Source of the DNA: a virus | Lineage: Duplodnaviria; Caudoviricetes | DNA length: 37,221 nucleotides | Reading direction: 5' to 3' (one strand) | IMG/VR virus record: IMGVR_UViG_3300049924_000369 | Span: 1-37,221 of that record | Part shown: piece after piece, positions 17,618 through 24,375 of the stretch | Layout: every line of letters begins with the position of its first letter | How positions within the stretch are numbered: the first letter of the stretch is position 1 | Notes under the pieces: model-generated | Told to the model about the DNA's origin: nothing | The model's input: only the letters and a program-made list of their open reading frames with translations | The model's database searches: none | Made by a program: the position numbers and the translations under genes

Positions 17618-18694
17618 CTAGACAGTGACGCCTAGTTCCTCCATCATCCCCTGCAATACCACCAGTGGCGTGTCATCCAGGCACGACTCGCTGTACTCAC
17701 ACATGCGATTGTAGGCTACGCAGGTGGTGCGGGTGTTGGAGAGGGGAAAGCGGCCTTCCACGACGGCCCGTTCCCACTCGTGGCACGTCTCCAGTAAGTC
17801 CTGCTCGATAGCGGCAAGCTGGGCGGGGGTACGCAGAAAGATCTCGTGGCTGTACTTCAGGTAGTCCTTCTCAGACTGGTGCTCGGTGTTCTTCCGGCGG
17901 CTGTTCCACTGGGCCACCTGCCTTTGTGAAGGCTTGAAAAGGGCGTCCACGATCATGCCGTTCACGGGAAGGCCAAGAGTCTTGTTGATGGCGTAGAGGT
18001 AGACGGTAGGTTGCAAGTCGAGGCGGAACTGGGACCAGAATTGCTCACCGCCAATGGCCGTTGTCTTGTGCTCCATGAGCCACAGCTCGCGGTTCCACCT
18101 GCACACGGCGTCGGTGGTACCGATGAGGTGGTGTGGCTGCCAACAGGGGCAGTTGAGGTCTGAAGTGAGGTGTGGGCTGTACACTCTCTTTTCCAAGATG
18201 GCAGTGGGAGAAGGTCCGCCGATGGCCCTCCGCACGTGGTTGCGAAAGTCCTCTGGTGTCGTCTCAAGGTTCCACTTTTCAACCCACTTTCCATCGACTA
18301 GCTCTGCCCAGTGCTGCATGATGCAGTTGTGTTGGCTGCCGGGGAGAGCGATGTCGAATTGGCACTCAGGCTGGATGACGGTCAGCCCAGGCAGGGCCTT
18401 ACCCACATTCTCAGCATAGCACTTCACCATTGCCTCTACCAGCTCCCTGTTGGACTGCCACTCCACATCGAACTCAGGCATTGGGATGTGCTCGGTGCTG
18501 TCGTCGTACTTGGCAAGGGCGTTGCCTTGGGCAGTGAGCCAGTCCTGGGTGGCAAGGCCGTGGGCCACACCTTCGTGAAAGGCAGAGCCGCTGATAAGGT
18601 TGTAGTTCGGCGTGGAAAGGCCGCAGTGCAGGCTAGCAAAGGCTTTGCGACGACACATCTTCCAGAGGCTGGCACTGGAGGCTCCTATGAACAT
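17618..18694 (-). CDS. PD-(D/E)XK nuclease, Cas4/RecB-like, with probable 4-Cys cluster
   Basis: CRRK and GSAFHE at the N-terminus; GTTDAV...LMEHKTT; QPTVYLYA; C-terminal TCVAYNRMCEYSESC. Confidence 0.88.
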   Translation of the reverse strand: MFIGASSASLWKMCRRKAFASLHCGLSTPNYNLISGSAFHEGVAHGLATQDWLTAQGNALAKYDDSTEHIPMPEFDVEWQSNRELVEAMVKCYAENVGKALPGLTVIQPECQFDIALPGSQHNCIMQHWAELVDGKWVEKWNLETTPEDFRNHVRRAIGGPSPTAILEKRVYSPHLTSDLNCPCWQPHHLIGTTDAVCRWNRELWLMEHKTTAIGGEQFWSQFRLDLQPTVYLYAINKTLGLPVNGMIVDALFKPSQRQVAQWNSRRKNTEHQSEKDYLKYSHEIFLRTPAQLAAIEQDLLETCHEWERAVVEGRFPLSNTRTTCVAYNRMCEYSESCLDDTPLVVLQGMMEELGVTV

Positions 18695-18873
18695 GGCGGC
18701 TCCTGTTGTTTGTATTCCATTTGCACAATGTTGTATGATAACAGGTTGTCGAAGTACCTGTTGACTAGCTCGATCATGCGGGCTTTGCTGATTAGATCGT
18801 GAGCATCAATAGCCCGCTTGAAGCTGTGTTCTTGCTCTTTGACTGTGGCGGCTAACTCTTGTTCTTGGGACAT
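18685..18873 (-). CDS. Hypothetical protein (MSQEQELAATVKEQ...)
   Basis: AAGGAA SD before ATG 18873. Confidence 0.55.
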   Translation of the reverse strand: MSQEQELAATVKEQEHSFKRAIDAHDLISKARMIELVNRYFDNLLSYNIVQMEYKQQEPPCS

Positions 18874-19034
18874 AGCGTTCCTTCTGATATGACCTCGAAG
18901 CGGCCTTCGGCGACGGCGGGCCGGTGACTGTTGTAGAAGTCTGCAAGATCCTTGTGCTCTAGCTGTGCTAGTGGGTCGCACTCGATAATGTCGAGTAGAT
19001 GGTTGAAGCGGTCGTAGAGGGCGAAGAAGATCAT
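18852..19034 (-). CDS. Hypothetical protein (MIFFALYDRFNHLL...)
   Basis: ATGA coupling to the upstream ORF; GAGGA SD. Confidence 0.55.
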   Translation of the reverse strand: MIFFALYDRFNHLLDIIECDPLAQLEHKDLADFYNSHRPAVAEGRFEVISEGTLCPKNKS

Positions 19035-19204
19035 TGCTCATCCTCTTCTTCAAGTGTAAAACATCCACCTTCTTGGAACAGTACTTCGCCTGATTCTAGT
19101 AGCTCGACATCAGCACTGTCTAAGCTGAACTTGCGTTGACTCTCTTTGTTCCATGGATACACTTCTTCTGCTTTGTAGTCAGGCTGGTATATGAGGACTT
19201 TCAT
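19031..19204 (-). CDS. Hypothetical acidic protein (MKVLIYQPDYKAEEVYPW...)
   Basis: 57 aa with ATGA overlaps at both ends; not in the ORF track. Confidence 0.6.
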   Translation of the reverse strand: MKVLIYQPDYKAEEVYPWNKESQRKFSLDSADVELLESGEVLFQEGGCFTLEEEDEQ

Positions 19205-19407
19205 TGTGGCAATTCTCCTATCTCAATAACAAGGCGGCGCTGGCGCTGGGCAGCGGTGAGCCAACCGGCTTCCTCGAAGGCTTCGGCCTTGGCCGTGGCT
19301 ATGAGCTGGGCAATTCGCATCCTGTAGTTGTGAGGACCGCCGTGGGGGTGGTTGAGATCCAAGAGGCGGTCAGCTTCTGCTAGGTATTCGTGGGCTTGCT
19401 GGGTCAT
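19201..19407 (-). CDS. Hypothetical protein (MTQQAHEYLAEADRLL...)
   Basis: GGAG SD; ATGA overlaps. Confidence 0.6.
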   Translation of the reverse strand: MTQQAHEYLAEADRLLDLNHPHGGPHNYRMRIAQLIATAKAEAFEEAGWLTAAQRQRRLVIEIGELPQ

Positions 19408-19535
19408 TGGTTGCTCCACGGGACCAGGCGACGTCTGAGGCACGTCGGGCAAATGTAGTAGCCACAGATGGGCCACATTGGATTGGGGTGGAAGTGAAGG
19501 CACCACCACTCGCTGATTCGATTGAAGATGGTCAT
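19404..19535 (-). CDS. Small Cys/His Zn-ribbon-like protein (MTIFNRISEWWCLHFHPNPMWPICGYYICPTCLRRRLVPW)
   Basis: GGAG SD; ATGA overlap; WWC..H...MWP..G.Y.C..C......PW pattern. Confidence 0.65.
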   Translation of the reverse strand: MTIFNRISEWWCLHFHPNPMWPICGYYICPTCLRRRLVPWSNQ

Positions 19536-19771
19536 GCTGTCTCCAGTGGCTTGAAGTTGTACTGGGCAAGGACGCTGCGCCGGTAGTGTCCACATGAGAC
19601 AACGTCGCCACTGCGCAGTTTGTCACCACGGACCACGACAGTAGTGCCGCAATCGCAGAGACAGGTCCAGGTGCTATGGCGGTCAGGCGAGGACCCGGCA
19701 CGGCGCAAGACGAACAAGAGGCCGAAGCGCAGTCCGATGAGGTTTAGGGTGTGCGGCGGGCTGTTCGTCAT
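19532..19771 (-). CDS. Stand-alone Cys-rich domain of the type found N-terminal in phage AP2/HNH endonucleases
   Basis: NLIGLRFGLLFV...WTCLCDCGTTVVVRGDKLRSGDVVSCG follows the DLxGxRFGRLTV...WxCxCDCG...LxSGxxxSCG motif. Confidence 0.75.
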   Translation of the reverse strand: MTNSPPHTLNLIGLRFGLLFVLRRAGSSPDRHSTWTCLCDCGTTVVVRGDKLRSGDVVSCGHYRRSVLAQYNFKPLETA

Positions 19772-19968
19772 GGTTGCCCTTCCTCAGGCGCACTGGCTTG
19801 GGAGTCAACTGCTCGCGTGCAAATGCCAATAAATCCTCCACGGTGGAAGCGGATGTGGTCGTGGTCTGGGGGAATAGTGAAGAATTGTTTCAGGCCGCTG
19901 TGGCAAAACCAGTTGGTGAAGTGTCCTTCCTGTTGGAAGGTAAGGACAGGTGAGGTGTAGACTATCAT
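19768..19968 (-). CDS. Hypothetical protein (MIVYTSPVLTFQQEGHF...)
   Basis: AAAAGGAG SD before ATG 19968. Confidence 0.6.
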   Translation of the reverse strand: MIVYTSPVLTFQQEGHFTNWFCHSGLKQFFTIPPDHDHIRFHRGGFIGICTRAVDSQASAPEEGQP

Positions 19969-20065
19969 ATGGCGACTCCTTTTTGGTGGCGCTCTGTGGC
20001 ACCTTGCTGAGTTGATGGTGCATCCTTGTCTGGCGAAGCAGGTCAAGGATGATCGAGGTAGTTTC

Positions 20066-20094
20066 AGTTTACGCTCGTTGGGGCGCTGGGTCAA
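20066..20094 (-). promoter_or_regulatory. sigma70-type promoter for the recombination/replication genes
   Basis: TTGACC-17nt-TAAACT, with an A-rich UP-like tract upstream (AACAAAAAGGAAACAAAAGGC). Confidence 0.65.
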
Positions 20095-20314
20095 GCCTTT
20101 TGTTTCCTTTTTGTTGCGCCAATCGGCTTAGCATAGCAGCGCAAGTTTGGCCAACAGGTCAGAGAGAGGCCACCTTTTGAGGGGTGGCCCCACTGCCTAC
20201 CAGCCATTAGGTGCGGACAGGCTCCCGGTACTCGGCGGAGCGCGGATGCCCTCACCACCCATCACCTCACGGTGAAGTTATTTGGGTGAAGACACCCTCT
20301 GCCACTCTCTTTGT

Positions 20315-20383
20315 CCCAGCTGGGGAGATTTGAACTCGCAATCGCCCGTGCACAGGTGCTCTACCTGATTGAGCTACAGCTGG
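20315..20383 (-). ncRNA. tRNA-like RNA lacking a canonical anticodon loop
   Basis: CCAGCTG-TA-GCTC-AATCAGGTA-GAGC-A-CCTG-TGCA-CGGG-CGATT-GCGAG-TTCAAAT-CTCCC-CAGCTGG-G. Acceptor stem, D arm and T arm are canonical (one T-stem mismatch); the anticodon arm is about 5 nt short; no CCA. Confidence 0.8.
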
Positions 20384-20452
20384 TGACTAGAGAGGGGCAG
20401 AGGTCCCTCAGTCGGAGGCCTGAGGGGCGCTCTTCCCGTGCGGCAAGGAGTC

Positions 20453-20728
20453 TTAAGCCGTTGGGGAACCGTTGCCGCTGGCCTGCTTCGCAGCAATCTG
20501 GCGAGCCAGTTCGAGCATCTCGGGGGTGGCCAGTTCTTTCAAGGCCTTCGCAGTGGCCTTAGCCTTGTCACGGCTTAGCTTGTTGGCCAACTTGGCTTCG
20601 GGTCGTGCGGCCATCGCCTTGGCATGCTCTTCACGTGCCAAAAGCTGCGCAAGCTTCTCAAGCTTCTCCTGCTCACTAAGCTGGGCCACCTTCGCTTTGG
20701 CGGCTTCTACATCAAACGTCTGTGTCAT
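20453..20728 (-). CDS. Hypothetical Ala/Lys/Glu-rich helical protein
   Basis: AAAGGA SD and its own promoter at 20780-20808. Confidence 0.75.
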   Translation of the reverse strand: MTQTFDVEAAKAKVAQLSEQEKLEKLAQLLAREEHAKAMAARPEAKLANKLSRDKAKATAKALKELATPEMLELARQIAAKQASGNGSPTA

Positions 20729-20779
20729 TTTGTTATCCTTTCCTTTATCTAGTGCCCATGGGGGTGGGCTAGCTTCTAC

Positions 20780-20808
20780 AGCTTACCATCCTACTAGGAT
20801 GATGTCAA
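20780..20808 (-). promoter_or_regulatory. sigma70-type promoter with palindromic spacer (candidate operator)
   Basis: TTGACA-17nt-TAAGCT; the spacer contains CATCCTA-N-TAGGATG (20787-20801). Confidence 0.75.
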
Positions 20809-21072
20809 CACTTTTCTCTACCTACGTAACAACTTTTTCTCTCGATACGGTAGTGCCTCGCCTGAGAGTCGCCCTTTGCTAGGTCAACGATGATCGTCAC
20901 CCAAGTGAACTGTTGCCGTGGGGGCAAACTGGGATTGCGACTAGAAAGATGCCGGGATGTCGCGAAGTGACGGCTGCTACCGTCTGCGTCGCCTGCTCGA
21001 AAGTGCGGAGGCGGGAGCCGTCCTCGGCCCACAACCCAAGTAGTAAGGCTCCCTTTACCAAGACTAGGTAAG

Positions 21073-21252
21073 TCACTTGAATCTGCCTTGGCTGAGGTCA
21101 GCTGGAAATTGGATCAATTCTACATTGTAGTAGTAGCCAATATCGCCTTTGTCCAGCCGTGTTATCAAGTTCGTTGGTAGCGCTGTCGCGCTTGTATCCA
21201 CTTCCAGGATCGCGATCGTTTCCATTCCTTTGTCATACGCTAGCAGTGTCAT
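21073..21252 (-). CDS. Hypothetical protein (MTLLAYDKGMETIAILEV...)
   Basis: GGAGGT SD; ATGA overlap. Confidence 0.6.
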   Translation of the reverse strand: MTLLAYDKGMETIAILEVDTSATALPTNLITRLDKGDIGYYYNVELIQFPADLSQGRFK

Positions 21253-21377
21253 GTCAGCCACCTCCATGCTATGTAGCCCACCACCACTGCGATGACAAGA
21301 CAGACTAGGATGAAGTCGCGAAGGGGCAGCTCGGGTTCGCGGTCGTGAGGTGGTGAGTCATCGTTCCAGTTCAGCAT
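21249..21377 (-). CDS. Small single-pass membrane protein (MLNWNDDSPPHDREPELPLRDFILVCLVIAVVVGYIAWRWLT)
   Basis: GAGGTGA SD; hydrophobic C-terminal helix. Confidence 0.6.
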   Translation of the reverse strand: MLNWNDDSPPHDREPELPLRDFILVCLVIAVVVGYIAWRWLT

Positions 21378-21470
21378 TTTTCACCTCTACTTTCTTCTCT
21401 GTTCTCCAGTACTTCACCTAGCCCTCCCACTCCCACACTGGCGGGTGTCAGCCAGTGCAGGGTGAAGGGA

Positions 21471-21746
21471 CTAGGCTAGGGGCTGGGCAGAGTTGGGGGC
21501 AGGTGGTTGTGGATACACCTCGGTGGGTGGCGCGGCTTTCATGTCAACTTCGCTGGGGAAGGCCGCTAGAAACAGGCCAAGGGCATGGTGTAGCTCTCGC
21601 AGCTGGCTCCAGGTGCCGTACCACGTGACGCTGGCTAGTTGGATGACTGGGTAGCTTCCCCCGTCAAGGTCGAATTGGCTGGTGTTGACTCGCAGGGCAA
21701 GTAGCTTGTCGTGTTCTGTGAACAGGTTTACTACTGTGGTGTTCAT
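21471..21746 (-). CDS. Hypothetical protein (MNTTVVNLFTEHDK...)
   Basis: GGAG SD; ATGA overlap. Confidence 0.6.
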   Translation of the reverse strand: MNTTVVNLFTEHDKLLALRVNTSQFDLDGGSYPVIQLASVTWYGTWSQLRELHHALGLFLAAFPSEVDMKAAPPTEVYPQPPAPNSAQPLA

Positions 21747-21943
21747 TGTTGGCTCCATTGCTCTGGACGTTGGACGCGCCACTCAGTGCCATTGGGGTGT
21801 GGTATGAATGTGCGCCTGTCCTTTGGCCTATCGGCTAGTGTGCTGAATGGCCCACACGGCTGTAGGTAGTTTAGCAGCCATAGGTCATAGCTGATATTGG
21901 GCAGTGTTTCGTAGCGACGGCTTGGTGTGTAGGTCATATTCAT
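21743..21943 (-). CDS. Hypothetical protein
   Basis: GAGGGAG upstream; overlaps both neighbours. Confidence 0.55.
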   Translation of the reverse strand: MNMTYTPSRRYETLPNISYDLWLLNYLQPCGPFSTLADRPKDRRTFIPHPNGTEWRVQRPEQWSQQ

Positions 21944-22086
21944 TCTCCCTCGCGTTGGTCGTTCGTGGCTGGCCTAGGTTCGTTGGGTGGAAGCTCTGTT
22001 GGTTCAGGCAGGGGTAGATTGGTGGGCCAACCCTCGGTGCAGTCCCACTGCTCTGTGGATTGTGTTGGGTCGTAGCCTTGGCTCAC
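21940..22086 (-). CDS. Hypothetical Pro/Thr/Glu-rich peptide (MSQGYDPTQSTEQWDC...)
   Basis: GTGA and ATGA overlaps fill the gap exactly; AAGGTG SD. Confidence 0.5.
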   Translation of the reverse strand: MSQGYDPTQSTEQWDCTEGWPTNLPLPEPTELPPNEPRPATNDQREGE

Positions 22087-22286
22087 TTGACACCTTCTTG
22101 CATAACGGCGGTTGTTGCAATGCTTTCGGCATTGTCTTGTACTTCTTGTTGGCTTATTCCTTGCTCTATTGCAGCCTTTTCACGTAAAGCGCATAGAACG
22201 TCCTGCAGCGCGAGTCGAGTTAAGCCACTTGCTTTTGTCCAGTGGAGTTCGGTTAACAACCGACAATAAATCTCATAGATGGTCAC
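22083..22286 (-). CDS. Hypothetical protein
   Basis: GTGA overlap with the upstream gene. Confidence 0.55.
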   Translation of the reverse strand: MTIYEIYCRLLTELHWTKASGLTRLALQDVLCALREKAAIEQGISQQEVQDNAESIATTAVMQEGVK

Positions 22287-22543
22287 TTGCGCACCTGCTC
22301 ACCTGCAATAGCATGTGCACAATCGTAAGCGTGGAATGGGCGAGACGTGTCTAGTGCCCTTTGGTGTAAATCCTCCCATGCCTTTACTCTGTCTAGGTCT
22401 TCATATTGGTCAAAGACTTCGGCAGCTATCTCACGTTGTCTTGAACTCAACGCCGCGCGCATCATAGCTCTCTGTTCTGGGTCCTGATACTTGTTGTGGT
22501 CGCGCAGGGCGTCAGCCAGCGCAATAAAATGTTTCTTGGTCAT
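22283..22543 (-). CDS. Hypothetical early protein (MTKKHFIALADAL...)
   Basis: GAGGAA SD; N-terminus of a type common in small phage early proteins. Confidence 0.65.
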   Translation of the reverse strand: MTKKHFIALADALRDHNKYQDPEQRAMMRAALSSRQREIAAEVFDQYEDLDRVKAWEDLHQRALDTSRPFHAYDCAHAIAGEQVRK

Positions 22544-22611
22544 GTGGTCGTTTCCTCGCTTGGGAAATAACTCCCACTGCTAGCATCCAGGTTGGGATGC
22601 CGCAGTGCGGG

Positions 22612-22845
22612 TTACTTCAGGCAGGCTTGCCTGAAGTTGTCGGGGTACGTGAATCTGCTGGATGCGAGGCGCACCCCGCTCACTGTAGATAGCCACTCCA
22701 TCACGCCTGGAGGGGGCAATGTGGCGGTCTCTAGGATCACATAGTCCGTGTTTCCTTCGGCGGTGAGGCTCACGCCCGTGCCGCAATTTCCATCATCGTA
22801 GGACCCGGTTATAGGGTCTGCCCAATCTGTCAATGTAACTTTCAT
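22612..22845 (-). CDS. Hypothetical early protein (MKVTLTDWADPITGSYDDG...)
   Basis: AGAGGA SD; downstream of the promoter at 22883-22910. Confidence 0.65.
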   Translation of the reverse strand: MKVTLTDWADPITGSYDDGNCGTGVSLTAEGNTDYVILETATLPPPGVMEWLSTVSGVRLASSRFTYPDNFRQACLK

Positions 22846-22882
22846 CTCAATCCTCTTCTGTCTGCTATCTACTCCCAACACC

Positions 22883-22910
22883 ATCCTATCACAACCATCC
22901 AGAGTGTCAA
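22883..22910 (-). promoter_or_regulatory. sigma70-type early promoter
   Basis: TTGACA-16nt-TAGGAT with extended -10 TG; GGATGG occurs twice. Confidence 0.65.
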
Positions 22911-22924
22911 CAACAAAATGCATG

Positions 22925-23188
22925 TCAAGGTTGATTTTGTTCTCCTTCAGGGCCTGCTGTCGCTGATGTAGGCAACACCTCTAGATCCTCGTTGCCTGTT
23001 ATGCGGTCGTGCCAGTCTAGGTAATGTTCGATGGACAGAGCTAGGGCGTGAGTCTTTGTGATGCCAGTGTCTACAGCGTGGTGGCTGAGGCGTTGGTAGA
23101 GATCATATGGGATGCAGACAGTCAGGCGTGTTGTGATGATCTGGTTGTCTGTATTTGTCTTCTTTGCGGTCCGATTGTGTGCTTTCAT
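22925..23188 (-). CDS. Ribbon-helix-helix (Arc/CopG-like) DNA-binding regulator, leaderless
   Basis: TRLTVCIPYDLYQRLSHHAVDTGITKTHALALSIEHYL is a beta-alpha-G-alpha RHH pattern; ATG 23188 is 7 nt after the -10 box. Confidence 0.75.
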   Translation of the reverse strand: MKAHNRTAKKTNTDNQIITTRLTVCIPYDLYQRLSHHAVDTGITKTHALALSIEHYLDWHDRITGNEDLEVLPTSATAGPEGEQNQP

Positions 23189-23194
23189 GTTTCT

Positions 23195-23223
23195 ATTGTA
23201 AGGCTGCATTGATGCGTTGTCAA
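23195..23223 (-). promoter_or_regulatory. Near-consensus sigma70 promoter giving a leaderless mRNA
   Basis: TTGACA-17nt-TACAAT-AGAAAC-ATG. Confidence 0.8.
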
Positions 23224-23303
23224 GACGTGAGGTTTAGGTGAGGTTGGGCAGGCTAAGTTATTGAGCCAGCTTAGGTTAGGTGAATAGGCATACTTGGTAG
23301 TGC

Positions 23304-23520
23304 AGTGCAGCACACGTCTGGAATAGGAGCTTATTTCCATACGAGCGCTACTTCCCGCTAACCTACTGACAGGGCTGGACTTAGGCTTCCAACCTTGCGG
23401 AGAAGTGCAGGGCACGTCTGGAATAAGCAGCGCAAGTCTGTAACACACTTCAAGTGTAAGCTGAGGGTTAAGTGCTTGATTCGATTGAGGATGCACGCAC
23501 GGTGCACCTCACGTCTGGAA
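23304..23520. repeat. Three dispersed direct repeats RGTGCASNNCACGTCTGGAA (iteron/operator-like)
   Basis: Core CACGTCTGGAA at 23313, 23413 and 23510 (periods 100 and 97 bp). Confidence 0.85.
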
Positions 23521-23685
23521 ATCGACTCAGTTTGCTGTGTTAAAAGAAAAAATAGACGAGCGGGATACAAAGGAGAGACAAAAAGAGTACATAAGAATAC
23601 CCTATAGGGTGTCCTCCGCGCACAGTATAGCACACCTTCGCATCTCGTTGCAAGCTTTTTCTTCCGAAGGCTAAGCCCTAGCGAA

Positions 23686-23871
23686 TCAACCAATTAGCGT
23701 CGAATCCAGCTCCAAGGTGTCTCGAATCGCCTCAAAGTGCGACTCCCAAATGGTGCTGAACTGTGGAAACGGTGACCAGCAGCGCAAGCTGAGGCAAAGC
23801 CACTCCCGACCGCGAGTCGAAAGGCGATAGGCCTGCCAGCGTCCATCAGGCGCGCGTTCCAGGCTCAGCAT
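23686..23871 (-). CDS. Hypothetical protein
   Basis: AAAGGA SD; overlaps the upstream ORF. Confidence 0.5.
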   Translation of the reverse strand: MLSLERAPDGRWQAYRLSTRGREWLCLSLRCWSPFPQFSTIWESHFEAIRDTLELDSTLIG

Positions 23872-24110
23872 TGGCCACGTCCTTTCGGCTCAACGATCCG
23901 GAACCGGACCAGCCACGAAGGCCCGAACGTGTTGCGGACCTGCTGAAGTGGCCCGTCAATGTAAGAGCCTGTCTCGGAGTTGTATCCTCCCGCCATCCAG
24001 CAATCACGCAGAACGGCTTTCCACCTGCGTCCATTAGCGGCTGCGAAGGTCTTCAGCGCTTCCAGCTGTTCGGCAGTGGGCTTGTTGTTTTCCATGTGGT
24101 GTTGTTTCAT
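23865..24110 (-). CDS. Hypothetical early protein (...PTAEQLEALKTFAAANGRRWKAVLRDCW...LQQVRNTFGPSWL)
   Basis: Directly downstream of the promoter at 24120-24147; protein-like sequence. Confidence 0.7.
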   Translation of the reverse strand: MKQHHMENNKPTAEQLEALKTFAAANGRRWKAVLRDCWMAGGYNSETGSYIDGPLQQVRNTFGPSWLVRFRIVEPKGRGQC

Positions 24111-24119
24111 GACACCACT

Positions 24120-24147
24120 AGTTTATCACACTCCATGCCAATGTCAA
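24120..24147 (-). promoter_or_regulatory. sigma70-type promoter, first of the leftward arm
   Basis: TTGACA-16nt-TAAACT with extended -10 TG. Confidence 0.65.
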
Positions 24148-24375
24148 GCACAATGTGCATGTGCATGTGGTGTTGGTGCTAGCGCTGTCGTGTCTAGGTG
24201 GCCCGCGAGCGAAGTGAGCAAGGGGGAGGCAAAAACAGCGCAGGCTTTATCGGCGGGGGTGGTTCCTCTGACATGCGCGGCTTATTCCATTCCAAACTTG
24301 CGCCACTATTAGTCCAACTTCTTCTTCCACCATATAAAAATTTCTAATATTTTGCAGCCTAGGCGGCTAGGGGGC

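Noticed and set aside
19969-20094. TTG-started N-terminal extension of ORF 19768-20094
   Set aside because: The TTG is the -35 box of a promoter; ATG 19968 has a strong SD.
20315-20383. Functional tRNA (e.g. Cys-GCA or Ala-TGC), tmRNA or YrlA Y RNA
   Set aside because: No 7-nt anticodon loop and no CCA; no tag ORF or G3:U70 pair; arm order is D-then-T, not the permuted YrlA order.
20860-21005. Hammerhead ribozyme (CTGAGAG...GAAA)
   Set aside because: Does not match CUGANGA, and the stems around a core cannot be built.
23304-23520. Mini CRISPR array
   Set aside because: Repeats are only about 20 nt, degenerate and spaced about 100 nt apart; the Cas4-like gene is a typical stand-alone phage nuclease and no cas operon is present.
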